Below, in pieces: positions 55,216 to 64,000 of a stretch of 64,000 nt of DNA. This DNA comes from the human T2T-CHM13v2.0 reference genome, Homo sapiens, in the NCBI RefSeq assembly GCF_009914755.1, contig NC_060934.1; one strand, 5' to 3'. Each line of letters starts with the position of its first letter. The first letter of the stretch is position 1. The position numbers were made by a program, and so were the translations under genes. The notes under the pieces were generated by a model, which made no database searches, was not told the origin of the DNA, and worked only from the letters and a program-made list of their open reading frames with translations.

Positions 55216-55765
55216 TGTATTGGTCAGGGTTCTCTACAGTGACAGGACTAATAGGATAGTTGTATATATGAAGGGGAGTTTGTTAAGGAGAATTGACCCA
55301 CATGATCACAAGGTGAAGTCCCACAATAGGCTGTCTGTAAGCTGAGAAGCAAGGAAACCAGTCCGAGTCCCAAAACCTCAAAAGTAGGGATGCCAACAGT
55401 GCAGCCTTCAGTCTGTGGCAGATGGCCTCAGAACCCCTGGCAAACCACTGGTATAAGTTCAAGAGTCCAAAAGCTGAAGAATTTGGAGTCCAATGTTTGA
55501 GGACAGGAAGCATCCAGCATGGGAGAAAGATAGAGGCCAGAAGACCCAGCAAGTCTCATCCTTCCAGGTTCCTCTGCCTGCTTTTCTCCTAGCCACGCTG
55601 GCAGCTGATTAGATGGTGCCCACCCAGATTGAGGGTGGGTCTGCCTCTCCCAGTCCATTGACTCAAATGTTAATCTCCTTTGGCAACATCCTCACAGACA
55701 CACCCAGGAACATTACTTTGCATCCTTCAATCCAATCAAGTTGACACTCAATATTAACCATCAGA
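55216..55765 (-). mobile_element. MLT2A-type ERVL solo LTR
   Basis: TGTATTGGTCAGGGTTCTCTA...CAATATTAACCATCAGA; perfect 5-bp TSD AGGTC. Confidence 0.92.
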
Positions 55766-55822
55766 AGGTCTAAAGCCAAAATGTCTACAGCTATCGTATC
55801 CAAAGTCTCCCCATTCACCCAA

Positions 55823-56124
55823 TTTTTTTTTTTTTTTTTTTTGAGATGAAGTCTTGCTCTGCCACCCAGCCTGCAGTGAAGTGGTGCAATGTCTCGGCTC
55901 ACTGATCTTCTTCCTCCCAGGTTCAAGCGATTCTCCTGCCTTAGCCTCCCGAGTAGGTGGGTTTATAGGCACCCACCACCACGCCTGGCTAATTTTCATA
56001 TTTTTAGTAGAGATGGGGTTTCATCATGTTGGCCAGGCTGGTCTCGAACTCCTGACCTCCAGTGATCCGCCTGCCTCAGCCTCCCAAAGTGCTGGGATTA
56101 CAGGCGTGAGCCACCGTGCCCGGT
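55823..56124 (-). mobile_element. AluS-type
   Basis: Full antisense dimer; CCCCATTCAC flanks. Confidence 0.93.
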
Positions 56125-56179
56125 CCCCATTCACTCAAATTTTGTTCTCCCTGTATCTCACAGTAGCATGTAACATTAT

Positions 56180-56325
56180 TGTTATGGACTGAAATGTGGC
56201 CCCTTCAAATTTGTATATGGAAGCCTTAAGTTCCAATGTAACTATATTTGAAGATAGGGCCTTTAAAGAACTTTTAACCTATAGAGTAAAAGAGAGTGGG
56301 CCCCTAATCCGACGGGTTGTTCCTC
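56180..56325 (+). mobile_element. MLT1-type LTR 5' fragment
   Basis: TGTTATGGACTGAAATGTGGCCCC...TATTTGAAGATAGGGCCTTTAAAGA. Confidence 0.75.
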
Positions 56326-56855
56326 AGCAGGCTCCCGTGGCTGAGAATGTCCCTATGCAGAGAAATGCTGGAACCCATTAGGGCATACTGGAACTCTCTG
56401 TCGTGACCTCTGTCAGGACCAGGGCTTGTGGGAAACAAGTCACCCTAGGCACAATTTAAGGATTGTGGACTTGCTGAGCTGCACTTGCACAAATCTGAGA
56501 ACAAGTTTTGACCTTGACGTCTGGGACAGGCCTTGGGGATAAGCTTGGGGCACCAACAGTGTTCCTCATTGTCCCATGGCCTTTTTAACACTTATTACAA
56601 TATATTCTGCTTCATATTATAGTTATCTCTGTGCAGGCCTTTCCCCTTAATAAATCTTAAGTTTCTTGAGAGCAGAAACTTATTCTCTTTCTAATCTTTC
56701 CTCTCCAAGTGCTTAGTCACTCAAAAGAAATGGTTATGATGTTGAATTCCCTCTATCGTTGGCCTATCTCTGTAGTGGAAAGCTTCCAGTCCATTTCCCC
56801 ATTCCGAGTTTCATCCTAAACCAGCAGAAATAATATCTCTAAAAGATTTGGAAGG

Positions 56856-57203
<348 letters not shown>

Positions 57204-57212
57204 TCAGAGCTA

Positions 57213-57362
57213 GAGCAGTGGTTCTCAAAGTGTGGCCCCTGGATCCACTGCATCATCTTCCTCTTGGAGGGCCTCCCAGGCCTCACCTGAGACCTACTGA
57301 CTCAAATTCTGGGAGTGGGGCCCGCAATTTATGTTTGTACAAGCCCTTCGGGTAATTCTGAG
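57213..57362. mobile_element. MER5A (hAT-Charlie)
   Basis: CAGTGGTTCTCAAAGTGTGGCCCC...AGACCTACTGACTCAAATTCTGGGAGTGGGGCCC. Confidence 0.85.
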
Positions 57363-57968
57363 CTAGAGAATGATAAGGTAGTGAATCAACCTTAGGGTTG
57401 GAAAGGATTTCTTGGAGTTAGCCAGAGGGAAGAAACTGTAACCTTAGGCTATCAGTCTTGTTCAGTAGCAGAGCTGAGCAAGACTGACCTTGGGGAATGT
57501 GGTTCTATTAAAAAAAAAATTGAAATTTGAAATGCTTTCACATTAAAGAGAAGGGTTTAGTTTGTGGAGATTTCAATCTGTTGAATAAAAATTAATAGAA
57601 TTAAATAGATCCTGAAGGAACTGAAGCATGTCAGAGGACACTTGAGCTGGGGCAAGCCTGCCCAGAGGAGATCCAAATGTCAGAGCAGACACAAAAGCAC
57701 AGCAAAGGACCAGAACTTGACACAGGTACCCATTTCTTGCAAAAAAAAAAATGTAGATTGTCTTCAGTTTATTCCCTGTAAACACACAGAAAAAATCGTG
57801 GTGTTTTAGAGACTGAGAGAGCGGTCATGTTTAAGATTATGAGCATCAGAGAGAATAGAGAAATTTGCATGGCAGTCTTCACGTAGAACTAGGAATACAA
57901 TGAAGTCAGGAAAATTCATGCCAGGCTTATTCAGGTGGGGAAATTGACTTTTCCCAGGTAGTAAGCCT

Positions 57969-58018
57969 TGTATTAGCTAGAGTTTTCCAGAAAAACAGAA
58001 TTAAGAGGATATGTGTAG

Positions 58019-58090
<72 letters not shown>

Positions 58091-58444
58091 AGAGAGAGAT
58101 TGAAATTTGTTTTAAGGAATTGGCTGATGCATTTGTGGAAGCTTAGTGAGTCCAAAATCTGCAGGTATGTTAGCAGGCTGGAGACTCAGGGAGTAGTTGC
58201 AGTTTGAGCTCCAGGGCAGTTGGAGAATTCCTTCTTGCTTGGGGAAAGTCAGTCTTTGTTCTATTCAGGCCGTCAACTGGTTGGATGTGGCCCACCCACA
58301 TTTTGAAGAGCAATCTGCTTTACTCAAAGTCTACCAATTTTAATATTAGTCTCATCCAAAAAATCACCTCCTCAAGAATAATGCTTGACCAAATATCTGG
58401 GCACCATGGTCCAGCCAAGCTGACACATAAAATTAATCATCACA
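57969..58444 (-). mobile_element. MLT2-type LTR containing a compound (TG)n(AG)n microsatellite (58020-58090)
   Basis: TGTATTAGCTAGAGTTTTCCAGAAAAACAGAA...AAAATTAATCATCACA. Confidence 0.88.
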
Positions 58445-58679
58445 GGCTTGTACACAGGAAAGCTGCCTGCTACCAGGCTGGGGAAAGTGGTGCCAGTGAG
58501 GTGGTGTGCTGCTACTGCACTGAATAAGGGGAGTAGAGATCTGATGGGGAGCTGCTCCCTAAAGGATATACTACTTCATTCACTTTCAGCTTATTTTAAC
58601 TCATAAACTAATATCCTTGTTAGAGGAAAGGGATGAATTATATGAATTTTGACTATAAACAAAGTAATAATTACTTATC

Positions 58680-59003
58680 TCTCTCTATCTCTCTCTCTCT
58701 CTTTTTTTTTTTTTTGTTGAGACAGGGTCTTGCTTTGTTTCCCAGGTGGGAGTGCAGTGGTGCCAACATGGCTTACTTCAGTCTTGACCTCCTGGGCTCA
58801 AGCAATCCTCCTGATTCATCCTCCTGGGTAGCTGGGACCACAGACATACATCGCCATGCCTGGCTAACTTTTTTTTTTTATTTTGTAGAGATGGGCTCTT
58901 GCCATGTTGCCCAGGCTGGTCTCAAACTCCTGGCCTCAAGCAATCCTCCTGCCTTGGCCTCCCAAAGCACTGGAATTACAAGCATGAGCTGCCATGCCTG
59001 GCC
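58680..59003 (-). mobile_element. AluJ-type
   Basis: Full antisense dimer. Confidence 0.92.
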
Positions 59004-59109
59004 TAATTATTTCTTTTAAAATGCGTATTTATTATTTTTGTATTTCTAAAAGTCAATATTAGATCCTGAGGGAAAAGTATAAATATAAAAACAAAATACA
59101 ACAAGAAAG

Positions 59110-59365
59110 ATATATACTTGTACATATTTTTGGGCTACATGTAATATTTTCATACATGTATACAATGTGGAATGATCAAATCAGGGTAATTGGGATATCT
59201 ATTATTTTAAACATTTATCTTTTCTTTGCAGTGGGAACATTACACTTCTAGCTATTTTGAAATATACAATAAATTATTGTTAACTATAATTTCCTTACTG
59301 TGCTATTGAATACTATAATTCATTCCTTTTATCTAATTATATTTTTGTACCCATTAACCAACTTC
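59110..59365 (-). mobile_element. L1MA 3' end fragment
   Basis: ATGATCAAATCAGGGTAATTGGGATATC...GTACCCATTAACCAAC. Confidence 0.85.
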
Positions 59366-59514
59366 TTGTTTGAGACACCATAGCTACAATTTTAATTTAA
59401 TTCCCACCACCATTCTGTCACTCAAGGCTGTTCCAATTTCTAGGCCCTCTGCTTCAGCATAATCTGATTGCTTCTCAGGTGTTTCTTCATTCCTCTTTAT
59501 ATATTTTGACTCTA

Positions 59515-59810
59515 ATTTTTTTTTTTGAGACAGAGTCTCGCCCTGTCGCCCAGGCTGAAGTGCAGGGGCATGATCTTGGTTGGCTCACTGCAAACCCTGC
59601 CTCCCAGGTTCAGGCAATTCTCCTGCCTCAGCCTCCTGAGTAGCTGGAATTATAGGCACCTGCCAACACACCCAGCTAATTTTTGTATTTTTAGTAGAGA
59701 TGGGGTTTTCCATGTTGGCCAGGCTGGTTTCGAACTCCTGACCTCAACTGATCCACTTGCCTCAGCCTCTCAAAGTGCTAAAATTACAGGCATGAGCCAC
59801 TGTGCCTGGT
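59515..59810 (-). mobile_element. AluS-type
   Basis: Full antisense dimer. Confidence 0.93.
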
Positions 59811-60168
59811 CATCTATTTACTATAAAAAGTAACAGGAATTTAGACTATTCCATTTTTTGCTATTATGAATAATACTAGGACAACATTACAAAACTAGGA
59901 CATTGACAATATTTTATATCTGGCTTTATGATACTTTGCTATCCCATCCTCATACCTTACCCCACCCAAGGAGCTCAGCCACCTCCCTGAATCCTGTGTT
60001 TATAATTTCCTTGCTTTTGTTTTTATAAGTGTGAGTATCCCACAGTTTATTTAACTGTTCTCCTGTTGATGAGTCTTAGGTTGTTTTCAGGTTTTTGCTA
60101 TTTAAATAGTAATGTTATTAACATTCTTGTACATATCACAGGGTATACATGTGCAAGAGTTTCTTTCG

Positions 60169-60447
<279 letters not shown>

Positions 60448-60574
60448 TCAAGAATGAAAGTACTCAGTCATAGAGCTCAGCTTTGCATGGGAGATGAACA
60501 TTTTTATGCAAGTGTTTTGGTGTATGCATATACTCATTTCTGTTGAGAACATTCCTAAAACTGGCATACATGCA

Positions 60575-60944
60575 TGCCTTAGTTCATTCAGGCTGCTACA
60601 ACAGAATACCATAGATGAGGTGGTTTATCAACACAACAACAGAAATTTCTTTCTCACTGTTCTGAAGGCTGTGAAGTCCAAGTTCAAGGCATGAACAGAT
60701 TTAGCGTCTACTGAGAGCCCACTTCTTTGTTCATAGACAGGGTCTTTTGACAGTAACTTCACTTGCTGGAAGGGGCAAGAGAACTCTCTGGGGTGTCTTT
60801 TATAAGGGCATTAATCCCATTCATGAGGGCTGTGCACTCATGACCAATCACCTCCCAAAGTCCTCATCTCCTAATACCATCATATTGGGGGTTAGGATTT
60901 CAACATAAGGATTTTATAGCAACACAAACATTCAATCTATAGCA
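60575..60944 (-). mobile_element. MST/MLT1A-type MaLR solo LTR
   Basis: TGCCTTAGTTCATTCAGGCTGCTA...ACATTCAATCTATAGCA; perfect 5-bp TSD ATGCA. Confidence 0.88.
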
Positions 60945-61567
60945 ATGCACAGACTCAATTTTAATAGATTATGTCAAACAAGTCTCCACAAACTGTGTCA
61001 GAGCATTCCAGTTGCTCAACATTCTCATCAACACTTGGTACTGTCAGTCTTGTGATTCTGGTGGGTTTGAGTATTTTACTGTGGTTTTAATTTGCTTTTC
61101 TCTGAGTACTAATATGTTTAGATTCCCTTTCACATGGCCATTATGATATCCTTTTGGGAGAAATGCCTGTTCAAATCTCTTGCTGTTTTCTCTATTGGGT
61201 TGTCTACCTTTTTTTTTTTTTTGGTCTTTCTTTTTATATTTGGGATACAGGTCCTTTGTAGATTATAGATATTGCGCATATCTTCCCCTATTCCATGGCT
61301 AGTCTTTTTCACTCTTAGTGGTATCCTTTCATAAAATTTGTTAAGTTTTAATGTAGTTGCATTTATCAGTCTCTTCTTTCATGGTTAGTGCTTCTGTGTC
61401 CTGTTTAAGAACGTTTTATTTTCTACTCCAAAGTCATAAAGATTCTGCCATGTCAGAAGCTCTCTTAGAAACTTTATGGTTTTATCATTTACTTTTAGAT
61501 AACCTCTGGACTAGAAGTGGTTGTATGTAAGGTATGAGCTGGGGTCAAGGCTAATCTTTTCTCTAAG

Positions 61568-62025
61568 TGTTTCAGGTCAAGATTCCCGGGAAACAGAATC
61601 TGGAACATTGAGATTTGTGTGCAGTTTTACTGGGGTAAAACTCTCAGGCAGAACCTAACAGGGAGTGAAGGAAACAGAATTGGCACTTACCCCAGAAGGA
61701 TGGAGGGAGAAGTTAAGCTGTAGTGATACCATTGCAACAGTGACCTAAACTAGTCCCAAGGGGAGATCTTGAGCCAGAAGTGTCCTTCAGAGACCAATCT
61801 AGGCAAGAGGCCAGGACTTTGAACCTATGCATCAGACAGTTCTTGGATACGGGCTACCCTCAGGGAGAGAGTATCATGCTGGATGAAGCAGTTTTCTTCA
61901 GCTAAGAGAAGTTCCAGAAAGGGATGCAGCTCCAAGCCATCTGCAGCCCACTTTTCCAGCAACTGGGAAAATGAGTGCCTCACTGCTGAAGGTGGATCTA
62001 TGTAATTCAGTGGACTAAGAATCAC
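61568..62025 (-). mobile_element. LTR16-like ERVL LTR
   Basis: TGTTTCAGGTCAAGATTCCCGGGAAACAGAATCTG...GAGATTTGTGTGCAG, antisense counterpart of the 38.2-38.7 kb family. Confidence 0.7.
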
Positions 62026-62496
62026 GTATTGAAAAGATTATCCTATTCCCACTGTTCTGCAGAGCCGCCTTTGTCGCAGATCAAGTGACCATATACCTGG
62101 GTCTGATTTTGAACTCTATTCTGTTTTCTTGGTTTCTTTGACAATCGTTGAGCCAATACCACATGTCTTAATTACTGCAGCTTTACCAAAGGTGTCAATA
62201 TCTGGGAGTTTAAGGACATTTTTTTTTTTCCAGATTGTCTTGGCTATGTGAGGCTCTTTGCATTTCCATTTAAGTCCCAAAATCATCAGGCATAAAAACA
62301 TCTGCTGGGTTTTTAGATGGGCTTACATTAAAAGTATAGATTCAATCAGAAGAAAGTAGACACTTTTGCAGTATTGAGTCTTGTATTTTATCAACATCAT
62401 CTATTCTTCCCTTATTTGGTCTCTTTTAATTTCACTAAATAATATTTTATAGTTTTCTGTGCAGTCTTTGCAAATCTTTTTTGACACCGCTGTAAA

Positions 62497-62818
62497 CTTT
62501 TTTTTCTTTTTCTTTCTTTTTTTTTTTTTTTTGAGATGGAGTCTTGCTGTATTCACCCAGGCTGGAGTATAGTGGTGCATTCTTTGCTCATTGCAACCTC
62601 TGCCTCCTGGGTCCAAGTGATGCTTCTGTCTCAGCCCCCCAAGTAGCTGGGACTACAGGCGTGCACCACCATGCCCAGCAATTTTTTTGTGTGTTTTTAT
62701 AGAGATGGGGTCTCACCATATTGGCCAGGCTGGTCTTGAACTCCTGGCCTCAAGTGATCCGCCCTCTTCGGCCTCCCAAAGTGCTGGGATTACAGACGTG
62801 AGCCACTGCGCCCAGCCT
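62497..62818 (-). mobile_element. AluS-type
   Basis: Full antisense dimer; TAA(A)CTTTTTT flanks. Confidence 0.93.
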
Positions 62819-63671
62819 AACTTTTTTAAACAAATATTTCAACTTTAAACTATATTGGTATAATATATATTGATATATATGATCTAATATGCATATTGAT
62901 ATAACTAATTTTTGTATATTGCACATGCATCTAGCAACCTTGTTAAACTCATTTATTAATTCAAATAATTAATATGTAGATTGTTTTGGATTTTATGCAA
63001 ACACAGTTATGTTGCCATTGGATAAGTGCAATTTTATATCTTCTTTTCAACTCTTTCGATCTTTTAATTTCATTTTCTTACTTTAGAAACTCTGAAACAA
63101 TGATGAATAAAATATCCAGCTTAATAGCTGTAGTAGGTAATTATAACAAAATTTATTTAGCCAATGTTAGGTTGAAGGACATTTAAATTGGTCCACACTT
63201 TTGTCATAAACAATGCTGTAGTGAGCATCCTTTTCACATATATCTTATGTAGTTGTGTCATTCATTCCTTAGAATGAATTCCTGGGTTTGTTGGAATAAT
63301 CTAGTCAATTAAACACATGTAAAGTAAATAAAAGACATCTTAAAAACAAGCATATGTAGCTGTCAGACAACAACGTTATTTTCTTAGTACTTCTATTGTC
63401 AGTTATAATGGGATCACACTTGTATAGAAAGAAGTCTTCTATCTTGAAATATAAATCTAGAAAAAAAGATTTTGGGAGATGTGAGTATATTTGCCCCTTC
63501 ATATTTCTGCTCTAAGGTACCCATTGCTTCCTGGGATTCTAACATCTTATTGTATTTTTTAAAACAATCTCTTTCATAATTTCAGAACTGCCTAATCTCT
63601 TGATTGGAAGAAAAATGCTTTTTTCCAACATTTTCTTTTGATATTGCAAAAAGAAAGCAGAAAGAAGTGGG

Positions 63672-63679
63672 AGGAGGGG

Positions 63680-63719
<40 letters not shown>

Positions 63720-63720
63720 G
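63672..63720. repeat. (GA)n/(GACA)n microsatellite
   Basis: Direct reading. Confidence 0.9.
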
Positions 63721-63961
63721 AACTAAAGGGAAAGAATAAAGTATAGACAAATCTTTTGAGACTTTGAGACTTTAATTTCTCTACTCTTTCATTTCAAGTT
63801 TGTGGATGGTAATTCATTGTCTCAGGGCAGGCACGTGGCAGGTAGTAAGCAGAATCATCTGCAAGATGTTCCTGGCCTTGTTTCAAAAAGTCTAATCCTA
63901 ATGAGAACAAATTCCCCAAGAAAGTTCCCCTGGTCTCATATTAGAAGTGGTTCACAATCAG

Positions 63962-64000
63962 TCAGGTGCAGTGGCTCACACCTATAATCCCAGCACTTTG
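63962..64000 (+). mobile_element. Start of an Alu running off the right edge
   Basis: CAGGTGCAGTGGCTCACACCTATAATCCCAGCACTTTG. Confidence 0.9.

Overview
Primate non-coding genomic DNA, probably human or ape (AluY, young L1PA and MER41 are present). I find no protein-coding exon, RNA gene, CRISPR array or intact transposon ORF. The ORF track is explained by decayed L1 ORF1/ORF2, Alu and simple-repeat frames, plus chance ORFs. Much of the window is interspersed repeat: about 39 Alus or fragments, the 5' 5.3 kb of an old L1, many L1 3' fragments, MIR/L2, MaLR/ERVL LTRs, and ERV1 LTRs (MER4-like, MER31, MER41B, and a heavily deleted MER41 provirus), with several clear nested insertions. The most informative signals are in the unique sequence. 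These are: (i) a cluster of RFX X-box motifs with a TATA box at ~33.5-34.0 kb, plus further X-boxes at 5.7, 22.1 and 39.7 kb; (ii) a promoter-like island at ~21.4-21.9 kb with CTCF, NF-Y, GC-box/G4, AP-1 and a splice donor; (iii) an unexplained 35-bp element present twice, ~3 kb apart (9820 and 12861); (iv) a TALE/HOX-type motif cluster at ~14.1 kb. All repeat subfamily names come from my recollection of consensus sequences, and boundaries without TSDs are approximate. I cannot identify the locus, and I cannot demonstrate a novel biological system; the regulatory calls are motif-based hypotheses.
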